Below are positions 5,845 to 15,839 of a stretch of DNA of 44,200 nt, in pieces. Source of the DNA: an uncultured Roseovarius sp. (lineage in GTDB: Bacteria > Pseudomonadota > Alphaproteobacteria > Rhodobacterales > Rhodobacteraceae); the NCBI GenBank assembly GCA_964574045.1, contig CAZNMK010000002.1, forward strand, positions 1 to 44,200, in the 5' to 3' direction. How positions within the stretch are numbered: the stretch's first letter is position 1; each line of letters opens with the position of its first letter. Both the position numbers and the translations under genes were made by a program. The notes under the pieces are model-generated. The model saw only the letters and a program-made list of their open reading frames with translations. It was not told where the DNA came from and did no database searches.

Positions 5845-7445
5845 TGGCCAAGCTCGCAGGGCTCGGCGACCTCGAGGAGCTCGCCCATCTGCCGGTGTCC
5901 GAGATCGCCGCGTTCCTCGACCGGCTCGAGCCCGAGCAGCGGAAGAACATCAACCGGATCCTGCACTCGCTTGGTCCCATTTGGGCGCCGCTCGACGGCC
6001 CTCAGCGGATGGCGGCCGAGAGCCTCGCCGAGGTGGTCGGATACGGCGGTGCTGCTGGCGGTGGCAAAACGGACCTCGCAATAGGACTGGCATTAACGCA
6101 GCACCAGCGCACGGGATTCTTCCGACGGGAGGCGACCCAGCTGCTCGGCGTGCGCGACCGGCTGACCGAGATCCTCGGCACCAGCGATCACTACAAGCGC
6201 ATGGACAACCTGTCCCAGCTGCCGGGCGGCCGGGTCATGGAGTACGGATCGACGCCACACCCGGGCAACGAAACCCGGTATCAGGGCCGGCCGAAGGATC
6301 TGCTGGTGCTCGACGAGGCGCCGAACTTCCTCGAATCTCAGGCACGGTTCCTGATGGGCTGGGTGCGGACGACACTCGCCGGCCAGCGCTGCCGCACGCT
6401 GATGACCTTCAACCCGCCGACCGACAGCGACGGCCTGTGGATCATCGAGTTCTTCGCGCCGTGGATCGATGACAAATATCCCAAGCCGGCCGAGCCCGGC
6501 GAACTGAGGTGGTTCGTGATGCACAAGGGCAGAGAGATCGAGGTCGACGGCCCCGAGACCGTCGTGCGCGATGGCGAGGAGCTCTTGCCGCAGTCGAGGA
6601 CGTTCATCCCATCGCGGGTGAGCGACAACCCGTTCCTCGCCGGCACTGGCTACATGCGACAGCTGCAGGCGATGCCCGAGCCGCTGCGATCGCAGATGCT
6701 CTACGGCGACTTCAAGGCTGGCCTCGGTGACGACCCGTGGCAGGTGATCCCGACCGAGTGGGTCACGCTCGCGATGAACCGGTGGAAGAAACGCGAGGAC
6801 AAGAAGACGATGGACAGCATGGGCGTCGACGTCGCGCGCGGTGGCGTCGACAAGCCGATCATCGCTCGCCGTCACGACATCTGGTTCGATGAGCTCATCG
6901 AGATCGAGGGCGCCGACCTCGTCGACGGGCCGAACATCGCCGGCCGGGTGATAGCCGCTCGCCGGCATCGGGCGCCAGTCCACATCGACATCGTCGGCTG
7001 GGGCGCGAGCCCGTTCGACTACCTCGCCGGCAACAGCGTGCAGGTGATCGGGTTCAATGGTGCGGCACGCAGCGGTGGTACCACCGATGACGAGGCCAAG
7101 CTCACGTTCAAGAACAAGCGCGCCGAAAGCTGGTGGCGAATGCGCGAGGTGCTCGACCCGGCGCGTGGAATCCCGATCGAGCTCCCGCCTGATCCGAAGC
7201 TGCGCGCGGACCTCTGCACTCCGAAGTGGAAGCTCTCAACGCAGGGCATCCAGATCGAGGACAAGGAAGAGATCATCAAGCGGCTGGGCCGCTCGCCTGA
7301 CCGCGGCGACGCGGTGGTGCTGGCGAACATCAGCACCGTGCGCTGGGAGATGGACCCGAAGAACGTGCAGGCGAATCGCCACGCTGACTACAGCCCGATC
7401 GACCACATCAGCGACAACGACTACGATCCGCTGGGCCGAGGGTAA
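5844..7445 (+). CDS. terL: terminase large subunit
   Basis: Walker A GGAAGGGKT, Walker B LLVLDEA, TFNP motif, nuclease motifs GVDVARGG and SPDRGDA. Confidence 0.95.
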   Translation: MAKLAGLGDLEELAHLPVSEIAAFLDRLEPEQRKNINRILHSLGPIWAPLDGPQRMAAESLAEVVGYGGAAGGGKTDLAIGLALTQHQRTGFFRREATQLLGVRDRLTEILGTSDHYKRMDNLSQLPGGRVMEYGSTPHPGNETRYQGRPKDLLVLDEAPNFLESQARFLMGWVRTTLAGQRCRTLMTFNPPTDSDGLWIIEFFAPWIDDKYPKPAEPGELRWFVMHKGREIEVDGPETVVRDGEELLPQSRTFIPSRVSDNPFLAGTGYMRQLQAMPEPLRSQMLYGDFKAGLGDDPWQVIPTEWVTLAMNRWKKREDKKTMDSMGVDVARGGVDKPIIARRHDIWFDELIEIEGADLVDGPNIAGRVIAARRHRAPVHIDIVGWGASPFDYLAGNSVQVIGFNGAARSGGTTDDEAKLTFKNKRAESWWRMREVLDPARGIPIELPPDPKLRADLCTPKWKLSTQGIQIEDKEEIIKRLGRSPDRGDAVVLANISTVRWEMDPKNVQANRHADYSPIDHISDNDYDPLGRG

Positions 7446-7468
7446 CCCGTCAGTATAATGACAACGCA

Positions 7469-7497
7469 TTGACGCTGCCATAGCGTCGACGGATACT
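7469..7497 (+). promoter_or_regulatory. candidate sigma70 promoter for the structural operon
   Basis: TTGACG-17 bp-GATACT; a TATAAT also lies at 7454-7459. Confidence 0.45.
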
Positions 7498-7525
7498 CCC
7501 GCGCAACCGAGGGAGGCTCCGTCTC

Positions 7526-8236
7526 ATGTGTGAACCCGGATCGATCGCTGCCACGATAGCAGCCATTCAGGCATCAGCAGCTGGTGCAGGAACTGCCGGG
7601 GCCGCCGCCGCTGGCGCCGGTGCTGCTGGCGCTGGGGCTGGCGCTGCTGGAGCCGCGGGCGCAGCGGGCGCCGCTGGTGCTGGTGCTGGCGCCGCTGGTG
7701 CTGGCGCCGCCTTGAGTGGTGCTGAGCTCTTCGCCGCCCAGCAGGCCGCGCAACAGGCCGCTGCCGCAACCGCCACCGGCCTCTCTGGCGCCACGCCGGC
7801 GGCCGTGGGTCAGGTGGCGCCGCTGGCCGGCGCGCCTTCGGCCGGGTCATACGCTGTACCTCTCTCGACCGCCCCGGGCGCGACGCCGGCCACACAGGCG
7901 GCGATCAGCCCTCTCGCCACCAACGTCCCGGCCACATTCCCTGCAGGCACTGCGCCTGCCGCCCCGGCCGCGCAAGCAGGCGGCCTCAGCACGATGCAGA
8001 AGGTCGGGCTCGCTACCAGCGCGGCTGGCGCTGCGGCTCCGCTCCTGACGCAGCCGAAGGTGCCGTCTCTCGGCGGCCAGCCCGGCGCGCCCATGCTCGA
8101 TCAGGGCGCGATGGCCGAGAACCTGCGCCGCCGTCGCGCGATGATCTCGGCCGGCCGGCGCGGCAACATCCTCGGCGGATCCAATCCGGCAGCAGGCCGG
8201 GCCACCGGGCAGCAGAAGACGCTGCTCGGCCAGTAA
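7526..8236 (+). CDS. Gly/Ala-rich putative virion protein upstream of the portal
   Basis: GGGAGG RBS, MCEP start, AGAG repeats, C-terminal KTLLGQ typical of the pre-portal gene in such podoviruses. Confidence 0.75.
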   Translation: MCEPGSIAATIAAIQASAAGAGTAGAAAAGAGAAGAGAGAAGAAGAAGAAGAGAGAAGAGAALSGAELFAAQQAAQQAAAATATGLSGATPAAVGQVAPLAGAPSAGSYAVPLSTAPGATPATQAAISPLATNVPATFPAGTAPAAPAAQAGGLSTMQKVGLATSAAGAAAPLLTQPKVPSLGGQPGAPMLDQGAMAENLRRRRAMISAGRRGNILGGSNPAAGRATGQQKTLLGQ

Positions 8237-9946
8237 GTGGCAGAGAACCTCGCCAGCGTCGTCGACCAGCCGCTCAGCCAGCGCCAGCGCTACGAGCGCC
8301 GGCTGTCCGCGCTGAAGAAGGACCGCTCCAGCTGGGAGGGTCACTGGCGCGAGCTCGCGACGTACTTCCTGCCGCGCAAGGGCCGCTGGCTCTTCGAGGA
8401 GTCGCGCGGCGAGAAGGTCAACCAGAACCTGCTGAACAACACGAGCCGGATGGCCGTGCGCACGCTGAGTTCCGGCATGATGGCCGGGCTCACCTCGCCG
8501 GCCCGGCCGTGGTTCCGGCTGGTGACCCCGGATCCCGAGCTCATGGAGTTCCGCCCGGTCAAGGACTGGCTATGGCTGGTCGAGGCCCGTATGCGCGACG
8601 TGTTCTCGAAGGGCAACCTCTACAACGTGCTGCCTACCGTCTATCAGGAGCTCGGCGTCTTCAACACCGCCTCGATGATGGCGCTCGAGGACGTGCGCGA
8701 GGTGATACGGTTCTACCCGTCGACGATCGGCAGCTACTACCTCGGCCAGAGCGAGCGCAACGAGATCGACGTGAAGTATCGAGAGCGGGTACTCACGGTG
8801 CGCCAGATGGTCTCGATGTTCGACTGGAACAAGCTCAGCGACACCGTCAAGTCTCACTGGCGCAATGGCCACTACGAGCAGACGGTCAACGTCTACCACA
8901 TCATCGAGCCGAACGATAACCGCAGCCCGCACTACGTCGACAGCCTGAACATGCCGTGGCGCTCGGTGTGGATGGAGTGCTCGAGCAAGTCGAGCCAGCG
9001 TGGCGGCGAGGATCTGTTCCTGCGCACGAGCGGGTTCCGGCAGAAGCCGTTCATGTCGCCGCGCTGGGAGACCACGAACGACGACGTCTACGGCGGCGCT
9101 GGCCCGGGCATGGACTCGCTCGGCGACGTCAAGGCGCTGCAGCTGCAGGAGCGGCGCAAGGCGCAGGCGATCGACAAGCTCGTCGACCCGGCGATGCTGA
9201 TGCCTGACTCGCTCAAGAACCAGCGCAACCGAGCCCTGCCCGGCGCGACGATCTATGCCGATGTCGCCACCGGCATGCAGGGCGCCCGGCCACTGTACGA
9301 GATCAAGCCGGACATCATGGCGCTACGCGAGGACATGTCGAACATCGAGGACCGCATCAACCATGCGTTCTACGTCGACCTGTTCATGATGCTCGCGATG
9401 AGCGACCGCCGGCAGATGACAGCCACCGAGGTCGCTGAGCGGCACGAGGAGAAGCTCCTGATGCTCGGCCCGGTGCTCGAACGGCTGAATGATGAGCTCC
9501 TCGACCCGATCATCGTCGCGACCTTCGACCTGATGATGGATGCCGGCGTGCTGCCGCCGCCGCCTGAGGAGCTCGCGCAGTTCGAGCCGAAGGTCGAGTA
9601 CATCTCGATCCTCGCGCAGGCGCAGCGGATGGTCGGTCTCAATTCGGTCGACCGGCTCTGGTCGCTGGCTGGTGCCATCGCGCAGGTGGTGCCTGAGGTC
9701 GTCGACAAGCTCGATGCCGACCAGACGATCGACGAGTACGCCGAGATGCTGGGCGTGGTGCCCGGGATCGTGCGCAGCGACGAGGAGGTCGAGGAGGTTC
9801 GCCAGCGCAAGGCTCAGGCTCAGCAGCAGGCGATGGCGGCCGAGCAGGCCCAGCAGCTGGCGGCGACCACCCAGCAACTGGCAGAGACACCGATGGAAGG
9901 CGACACGGCGCTGAGCCGGATTGCTGCCGGTATGGCCGGCGCTTAA
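8237..9946 (+). CDS. portal (head-to-tail connector) protein, T7 gp8/BPP-1-like
   Basis: LSSGMMAGLTSPARPWF and MTATEVAERHEEKLLMLGPVLERLNDELLDP motifs; size and position. Confidence 0.93.
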   Translation: MAENLASVVDQPLSQRQRYERRLSALKKDRSSWEGHWRELATYFLPRKGRWLFEESRGEKVNQNLLNNTSRMAVRTLSSGMMAGLTSPARPWFRLVTPDPELMEFRPVKDWLWLVEARMRDVFSKGNLYNVLPTVYQELGVFNTASMMALEDVREVIRFYPSTIGSYYLGQSERNEIDVKYRERVLTVRQMVSMFDWNKLSDTVKSHWRNGHYEQTVNVYHIIEPNDNRSPHYVDSLNMPWRSVWMECSSKSSQRGGEDLFLRTSGFRQKPFMSPRWETTNDDVYGGAGPGMDSLGDVKALQLQERRKAQAIDKLVDPAMLMPDSLKNQRNRALPGATIYADVATGMQGARPLYEIKPDIMALREDMSNIEDRINHAFYVDLFMMLAMSDRRQMTATEVAERHEEKLLMLGPVLERLNDELLDPIIVATFDLMMDAGVLPPPPEELAQFEPKVEYISILAQAQRMVGLNSVDRLWSLAGAIAQVVPEVVDKLDADQTIDEYAEMLGVVPGIVRSDEEVEEVRQRKAQAQQQAMAAEQAQQLAATTQQLAETPMEGDTALSRIAAGMAGA

Positions 9947-9973
9947 CAAAACTGACCGCACGGAGATATCAGC

Positions 9974-10276
9974 ATGAGCTTGGCGAACAACACAATCGGC
10001 GCGACGGTCCTGCTGAACGCAGTGTCAGTGACCGGCCCCGGTCCAGCCACCCGGGTGGAGGCTCTCCACAAGTCCTTTCAGGTGATCATCACCGGCACGG
10101 CCACCGCGGCTGTTCAGGTGTCGAACGATGGCGTCAACTGGGAGGAGCTCTTCGAGTCGACCGCCAGCGAAGGCGTCGACTACATGGGTGCGTGGGCAAT
10201 GTACCGCGCGACCGTGAAGTCTCGATCGAGCGGGACGATCACCGTGATCCTCAAGGCCGCTCACGGCCCAAACTAA
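9974..10276 (+). CDS. hypothetical beta-rich protein, possibly virion-associated
   Basis: GGAG RBS; VQVSNDGVNW motif of small beta-sandwich proteins. Confidence 0.7.
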   Translation: MSLANNTIGATVLLNAVSVTGPGPATRVEALHKSFQVIITGTATAAVQVSNDGVNWEELFESTASEGVDYMGAWAMYRATVKSRSSGTITVILKAAHGPN

Positions 10277-10286
10277 GGAGGCCGTC

Positions 10287-11165
10287 ATGGCAGTTCGGAG
10301 AGTAAGCGCAGGCGGGTTGTCGGGTGGCGGCGGCGTCCCCAACGCCAGCATCGAGGATCCCACGTTCCTGCTGACCGGTGACGGCGCTGGCGCTGCCCCT
10401 GACAGCACGGGTTACACGCCGGTCTCGGCCCTGCCACCGCTTGCGGTCGAGTCCCTGTCGGTGGCCGGCGACGGCGATCTACTCATCGAGTCGGGGAAGA
10501 GGATCATCCTGAGCGCTGATGGTGGGGTGGAGGTCAAGCCGCAGATGCCGCGGTCGATTCACGATGCCGCGAGCGTCGGATACTTGCTGCGGGCGGCTGG
10601 CGTGATAACCCTCGCGACGGAAGGCAGCGTGACTTACCCGCTGCAGGCTGCCGCCAATGGTGCGACGGAGGCGTTTGGAACCGGTTTTACGCTGGCGTGG
10701 ACTGATGACTTGGTCTGCGGAGATCTTGGTGGCTTCCCCGGTGTCTTCGGGATCCGGTTCCCGGCGGTGCCGCTGCCGGGCGCTGCCTATATTCTCAGCG
10801 CGTTCATCAGGGCGAGGTTGCGCAAGCAGAACTCCCCGACATTCCTGATGGACGTCTTCGCGAGAAAGGTCGCCGACGCCAGTGACAACCCGAGCAACTC
10901 AAGCCTGCCGGGTGGGTGGGCGAGGACTACCGCGAAGACGACGATCAACTCCGCGTTGCTGCCCACCAGTTACACGTTAATGGACATCGACGTCACCCAC
11001 ATCCTGAAGGAGATCCTCGCGGACACCGCGTTCGCCTCCGGCAATGGCATGGCGTTCCCGTTCGTCTATCAGGGGTCGGCCCCAAGTGGTAACGCGCGCG
11101 TCGATCTGGGTGGCGGGATCGATGTCGCTGGCACGGTCCTGCATGTGTACTACGGCCTGACATGA
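10287..11165 (+). CDS. hypothetical protein, possible carbohydrate-binding/decoration protein
   Basis: AAGGAGG RBS; C-terminal half with GIRFPAVPLP...ILSAFIR...IDVTHILKEI beta-sandwich pattern (inferred). Confidence 0.65.
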   Translation: MAVRRVSAGGLSGGGGVPNASIEDPTFLLTGDGAGAAPDSTGYTPVSALPPLAVESLSVAGDGDLLIESGKRIILSADGGVEVKPQMPRSIHDAASVGYLLRAAGVITLATEGSVTYPLQAAANGATEAFGTGFTLAWTDDLVCGDLGGFPGVFGIRFPAVPLPGAAYILSAFIRARLRKQNSPTFLMDVFARKVADASDNPSNSSLPGGWARTTAKTTINSALLPTSYTLMDIDVTHILKEILADTAFASGNGMAFPFVYQGSAPSGNARVDLGGGIDVAGTVLHVYYGLT

Positions 11166-12847
11166 GCGAGTCGAAGAAGTCTCTGGTCACCGTCGTCCGT
11201 GGCGTCGACAAGTCGGCGCTCATGGAGGAGTTCGCCGGTCGCGGGCGTCGCAAGGACATCGATTCCCGTTGCCCGGAGCGACGCTGCGAGATCCCCAACG
11301 AGCGGAAGGAGAGCCTGCGCTCGTTCAACGTGGTGCTTACCGAGGAGGAGGCGGCCCGGCTGCGCGACGACCCGCGAATCATGGGCGTCAGGTGGGGAAG
11401 CAAGGCAGAGAACGGGGTGAAGCCTGAGCCGTTCGGGAGCATCGCTTCTGGCGGCGAGTTGACTGCGGCAGTGAACTACTTCCGCGGCGACGGGCTTTCC
11501 AATGACGCCCAGCACTGGGGGCTGCTTCGGCATCGCCAGAGGGAAAGTCAGTGGGGCTCTGGCGCCGGCAATGCGCTGGGCACGATCAACCCGAGAGGCG
11601 GCAAGCGTGGCAAGGGTGCCGGCGTTGATGTCGTCATCATCGATTCAGGTTTGGCCTACGACCATCCCGAGTTTCTGGACGAGAGCGGCAACACAAGGCT
11701 GAACAAGATCGACTGGCGGGTGGCCGCCGGCATCGACGGTGATATCGGCGCACAGGATCCCGGTTACTACGAGGACACAACTTTCCACGGCGGCCCCGCA
11801 ACCAAGGACGTCAATGGTCACGGCACCGCGATGTCCAGCGTTGCATACGGCAACACTCTCGGCGTGGCTCCCGGCGCCAACGTCTATATCGCAAAGACCA
11901 ACTTTAGTTACGTCCACTTAGGTGATCCGCCGGAACTGATCTTCAACATGATTCGCCTCTGGCATCTGAGCAAGATTGCCTCAGGCAACTTCAGGCCAAC
12001 CGTCGTGTCTTGCAGCTTCGGATCCGTCGGCGGCGGCAACGTGGTCGGCGGCGTGTACCGGGGTGTCCCGTGGGATGCTGGCGGATCTGCGCCACCGGGT
12101 AACTTCCCACAGTACGGGCTTGGCTACGGCACCTTCAACGAGGTTGCTGCGTGGGACGCCGAGATGGAGGAGCTCAACGCTGCTGGCGTGATCAGCGTAT
12201 CCGCTGCAGGCAACTTCCTCACGAAGATCGATTCGCCGTCCGGGCGCGACTACAACAACATCGTTTATTTAGCTACTGCGCCAAGTGTTCCCGTGTACTA
12301 CCACCGGGGGCCGTCGCCCATTGGCGACCGCTCCGCGCATATCAGGGTCGGCATTCTAGACTCCCTGCCCAACGGCGATGGGATGGAGACTCGCGGCAGG
12401 GGCTGGGCGCCTTATGGCAACCCTTCGTGCGGTGGTCCCGGTGTAGACATCTACGCTGCCGGGTCGATGACGCCGGCCGCAGCAGATAGAAACTCACTGT
12501 CCGGAGGCACGCCTGCCGGGGACTGGAATAACCCGAACCTCTGGCCGCGCAGCCGATACCGCGAGCTCACGAACTCCGACTTCTTCGGGATGATCAGCGT
12601 GACCGGAACCTCACCGGCATCTCCGCTGGTAGCCGGCGCCATCGCCCTGATGCTCGAGCAGAACCCCACCCTCACGCCGCGGCAGGTGAAGTCGATTCTG
12701 ATCAGGGACTGGGCGTACCACGGAGTCCTGCACTCCACCGGACTGGACGACGACTACGGCAACGTCGAGTCGCTGCTTGGCGGGCCGAATCGGATCCTCC
12801 GAATCCGCCCCTCCTGCGGCACGATCAGGCGCGTGCCTCCCGCATGA
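11162..12847 (+). CDS. subtilisin-like serine peptidase (family S8)
   Basis: Triad motifs VVIIDSG, NGHGTAMSS and TGTSPASPLVAG plus oxyanion AAGN; N-terminal prodomain-sized segment. Confidence 0.9.
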   Translation: MSESKKSLVTVVRGVDKSALMEEFAGRGRRKDIDSRCPERRCEIPNERKESLRSFNVVLTEEEAARLRDDPRIMGVRWGSKAENGVKPEPFGSIASGGELTAAVNYFRGDGLSNDAQHWGLLRHRQRESQWGSGAGNALGTINPRGGKRGKGAGVDVVIIDSGLAYDHPEFLDESGNTRLNKIDWRVAAGIDGDIGAQDPGYYEDTTFHGGPATKDVNGHGTAMSSVAYGNTLGVAPGANVYIAKTNFSYVHLGDPPELIFNMIRLWHLSKIASGNFRPTVVSCSFGSVGGGNVVGGVYRGVPWDAGGSAPPGNFPQYGLGYGTFNEVAAWDAEMEELNAAGVISVSAAGNFLTKIDSPSGRDYNNIVYLATAPSVPVYYHRGPSPIGDRSAHIRVGILDSLPNGDGMETRGRGWAPYGNPSCGGPGVDIYAAGSMTPAAADRNSLSGGTPAGDWNNPNLWPRSRYRELTNSDFFGMISVTGTSPASPLVAGAIALMLEQNPTLTPRQVKSILIRDWAYHGVLHSTGLDDDYGNVESLLGGPNRILRIRPSCGTIRRVPPA

Positions 12848-12851
12848 TGAG

Positions 12852-13103
12852 GTGCGCCTTTGCGTCAACTGCAAGTGGCAAGAGAGCCTGAGGTGCTTCA
12901 GGCCGGGCCTCGAGCCGAACCGGGTGACTGGTCGATCACCGGTGGTCGGCGGCCGCAGCTGCGAAGTGGAGCGCAGGAACGGCTCCTTCGTGAGCTGGAT
13001 GCTTGGGCGATGCGGGAAGGCGGGCAGGTACTACGAACCTATCGGTGGCTTGTGGGTGACGAGACCGGACCCCTACGAGTACCGGCTGTCGGGAGTCGTC
13101 TGA
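12852..13103 (+). CDS. small Cys-rich hypothetical protein
   Basis: CxxC...C...CxxER...CGxxGxYYEP pattern; fills the gap between neighbours; start uncertain. Confidence 0.55.
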   Translation: MRLCVNCKWQESLRCFRPGLEPNRVTGRSPVVGGRSCEVERRNGSFVSWMLGRCGKAGRYYEPIGGLWVTRPDPYEYRLSGVV

Positions 13104-13104
13104 A

Positions 13105-13398
13105 GTGACCGAGCTCTCGCAAGACATCCTCGACCTCCAGTCGCTGGTCTCGACCGATTGGGGTCGGCGGCTGGCGTACACGTTGATCGAGTCGACCGGG
13201 GTGTTCGCGGCCCAGTTCCACGGCGACCAGCACGAACTGACCGCCTACGCGCTCGGCCAGCGCGAGGTCGGCCGCCGGCTGCTGTTGTCAATTCGAGAAC
13301 ATGCACCGGGAAATTATTTGGCTATGCTCCAAGAAGCGTTGATGCGTGACATCGAGGCAGAGGCACAGGCGAAGAAGGAGACCGACGATGACGACTGA
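13105..13398 (+). CDS. Bbp19-like head-module protein
   Basis: TDWGRRL...GVF...AYALGQREVG pattern; usual position between portal and scaffold. Confidence 0.75.
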   Translation: MTELSQDILDLQSLVSTDWGRRLAYTLIESTGVFAAQFHGDQHELTAYALGQREVGRRLLLSIREHAPGNYLAMLQEALMRDIEAEAQAKKETDDDD

Positions 13399-14077
13399 AG
13401 CAACACAGGGCAGCGCGCAGCCGACAGCAGGGACGTCCATGCTGTCGGGTGCGCCGCCGGCAGACGGTACGCAGGGGCAGGCCGGTCCATCGGACGTCTC
13501 CACTGCAGCCGCTGCCGGCAGCGAGCCAACCGGCCAACAGACCGGTCAGCAGCAGGGTGCTCAGGGGCAGGGTTCTGCCGATGGTGGCCAGCCGGCCGTT
13601 GTCGCAGAGTTCGATCCTGCGCAGGTAAAGCTGCCTGACGGTGTGAAGGCTGTTGACGCGAAGCTGCTCGAAGGCTTCACGCCGCTGGCCAAAGAACTGA
13701 AGCTGACTCAGGAGCAGGCCCAGAAGTTCGTCGACTTGCACGCCGGAGCGGTGGCGCAGGTTCAGGATTCTCTGGTGCAGGCTTTCGAGAGTCAGACGAA
13801 GCAATGGGCAGATCAGGTACGGGCCGACCCGGAGATCGGTGGCGACAAGCTCACCGAGACGCTTCACTTCGCGCAGAAGGCTGTGCGGATGTTTGGCGGC
13901 GACGAGCTCGCGAAGACGCTCGACGATCTGGGGATCGGGAACCACCCGCAGCTGGTCAAGGCGTTCGCCACGATCGGGCGGAAGATCTCGCCGGACAGCA
14001 TGCCGGCAGCAGGCGCACCGCCCGCTGCTGACAAGTCTCCGGCGGACGTTTTGTTCGGCGGCACCAAGGCTGCGTAA
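13388..14077 (+). CDS. capsid assembly scaffolding protein
   Basis: AAGGAG RBS; disordered N-terminus; AKELKLTQEQAQKFVD and GIGNHPQLVKAF motifs; directly before the capsid gene. Confidence 0.8.
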   Translation: MTTEATQGSAQPTAGTSMLSGAPPADGTQGQAGPSDVSTAAAAGSEPTGQQTGQQQGAQGQGSADGGQPAVVAEFDPAQVKLPDGVKAVDAKLLEGFTPLAKELKLTQEQAQKFVDLHAGAVAQVQDSLVQAFESQTKQWADQVRADPEIGGDKLTETLHFAQKAVRMFGGDELAKTLDDLGIGNHPQLVKAFATIGRKISPDSMPAAGAPPAADKSPADVLFGGTKAA

Positions 14078-14107
14078 GTCAGCCGCCACTACCACGAGGA
14101 AAGAGCA

Positions 14108-15100
14108 ATGCCTCTTCTGAGCACCCAAAACCCGACGCTGGTCGACGTCGCAAAGCGTACCGACCCGGACGGCAAGATCGCCACGATCGCGGAACTGCTG
14201 GCCGAGACGAACGAGATCCTCGAGGACATGTCGTTCATCGAGGGCAACCTCCCCACTGGACATCGCCACACGATCCGCAGCGGCCTGCCGGCGCCGACGT
14301 GGCGCAAGCTCTACGGCGGCGTTCAGCCGTCGAAGAGCCGCACCGTGCAGGTGACCGACAACACCGGCATGCTCGAGGCGTACGCCGAGGTGGACAAGGC
14401 TCTGGCCGACCTCAACGGCAACACCAACGAGTTCCGGCTGTCCGAGGACCGCGCGCACATTCAGGGCATGTCGCACGAGATGGCGAAGACCCTGTTCTAC
14501 GGCAACGAGGGCACCCTGCCCGAGTCGTTCACGGGTCTCGCTCCGCGCTACAACAGCCTGACCGGCGCTGACAACGGGCAGAACATCATCAACGCGGCTG
14601 GCCCCAGCGGCAACACCTCCATCTGGCTGGTGGTCTGGGGTCCGAACTCCGCGTGGGGCATCTACCCGAAGGGCTCGCGTGCTGGCCTGCAGATGACCGA
14701 CAAGGGGCAGGTGACCATCGAGGACGTCGACGGCAACGGCGGCCGGATGGAAGCCTACCGGTCGCACTACCGCTGGGACATGGGCCTCGCGCTCAAGGAC
14801 TGGCAGTATGTGGTCCGGGTCGCGAACATCGAGGTCGCTGCGCTCAACACGATCTCCAACACCAAGAACCTGATCAACTGGATGATCATGGCCAGCGAGC
14901 GGATCCCGTCCTTCGGGGCTGGCCGCGCCTGCTGGTACGTCAACCGGACGATCCGCGAGAAGCTCCGCCTCGGCATCCTCGAGAAGATCGCGAGCAACCT
15001 GACGTGGGAGACGGTCGAGGGCCGCCGCGTGATGATGTTCGACGACGTGCCGGTGAAGCGTTGCGACGCCCTGCTCAACACGGAGTCCGCGGTCGCCTAA
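14108..15100 (+). CDS. major capsid protein (BPP-1/epsilon15-like)
   Basis: IAELLAETNEILED, GMLEAYAEVDKALAD, TSIWLVVWG and VPVKRCDALLNTE motifs; 330 aa. Confidence 0.93.
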   Translation: MPLLSTQNPTLVDVAKRTDPDGKIATIAELLAETNEILEDMSFIEGNLPTGHRHTIRSGLPAPTWRKLYGGVQPSKSRTVQVTDNTGMLEAYAEVDKALADLNGNTNEFRLSEDRAHIQGMSHEMAKTLFYGNEGTLPESFTGLAPRYNSLTGADNGQNIINAAGPSGNTSIWLVVWGPNSAWGIYPKGSRAGLQMTDKGQVTIEDVDGNGGRMEAYRSHYRWDMGLALKDWQYVVRVANIEVAALNTISNTKNLINWMIMASERIPSFGAGRACWYVNRTIREKLRLGILEKIASNLTWETVEGRRVMMFDDVPVKRCDALLNTESAVA

Positions 15101-15134
15101 TCAGCGGCAGGAACTCTTTCAGGAGGTATTTGAC

Positions 15135-15551
15135 ATGCTAGTTGATTCGCGACTCGAGTTCTCCGCTGGCCAGACTCTGACTGGCAACGGAGCCTCTACC
15201 AACTCGGTCGATGTTGGCGCGAAGGATCAGATCGGGCGTGGTCGCCCGCTCTTCCTCGTGGTTCAGCTGACCGATATCGCCAAGGGCTCGGCCGCCAACG
15301 AGACCTACGTCATGGATCTGCAGACGGACGACAACGATTCGTTCGGCTCGCCTGCTGCCATTGCGTCGCTCACGATCCCGCGGCTGACGCCTGCCGGCAC
15401 CCGGTACGTCATCGGGTTCCCGTACCAGAACGAGCGGTTCCTGCGCCTCAACTTCACGCTCGGTGGCACCTCGCCGAACCTGAAGTACAAGGCGTGGCTG
15501 ACCGATCAGGAGCCGGAGAGCTGGCGCTCGTATCCCGGCGTGATCGGGTAA
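15135..15551 (+). CDS. capsid cement/decoration protein (Bbp16-like)
   Basis: Follows the capsid gene; MLVDSRLEFS...STNSVD...LQTDDNDSF...RFLRLNF pattern; AGGAGG RBS. Confidence 0.8.
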   Translation: MLVDSRLEFSAGQTLTGNGASTNSVDVGAKDQIGRGRPLFLVVQLTDIAKGSAANETYVMDLQTDDNDSFGSPAAIASLTIPRLTPAGTRYVIGFPYQNERFLRLNFTLGGTSPNLKYKAWLTDQEPESWRSYPGVIG

Positions 15552-15557
15552 CCGGTC

Positions 15558-15830
15558 GTGACGGTGCTGGTCAAGGCTCTGGCGAACTGCTTCCACGACG
15601 GATCGTATCGATCCGTCGGCAGTCCGCCCTTCGACTACCACGGCGATCCGGAGAGCCTGCCGGAGTACCTCGCCGTGGTCCCGCAGCCTGCGCCCGAGCC
15701 CGCCCCGGCGGACGACGGCAAGGGCGGCGACGACAAGGAACCGGCCAAGGCGCCGGAGCCCGACAAGGAACCGGCCAAGGCGCCGGAGCCCGACAAGAAG
15801 GGGGCAAGCGGGGGCCGCAACCCGAAGTAG
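15558..15830 (+). CDS. hypothetical protein with Pro/Glu/Lys-rich tail
   Basis: Fills the gap between the cement gene and a terminator-like hairpin; contains a tandem repeat. Confidence 0.65.
   Translation: MTVLVKALANCFHDGSYRSVGSPPFDYHGDPESLPEYLAVVPQPAPEPAPADDGKGGDDKEPAKAPEPDKEPAKAPEPDKKGASGGRNPK
15731..15797 (+). repeat. 30-bp perfect tandem repeat (2.2 copies) encoding DKEPAKAPEP
   Basis: CGACAAGGAACCGGCCAAGGCGCCGGAGCC at 15731-15760 and 15761-15790, then CGACAAG. Confidence 0.95.
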
Positions 15831-15839
15831 AAGCGGCGC

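Noticed and set aside
13322..14767. 481-aa minus-strand ORF and similar long antisense ORFs across the structural genes
   Set aside because: Shadows of well-supported plus-strand genes.
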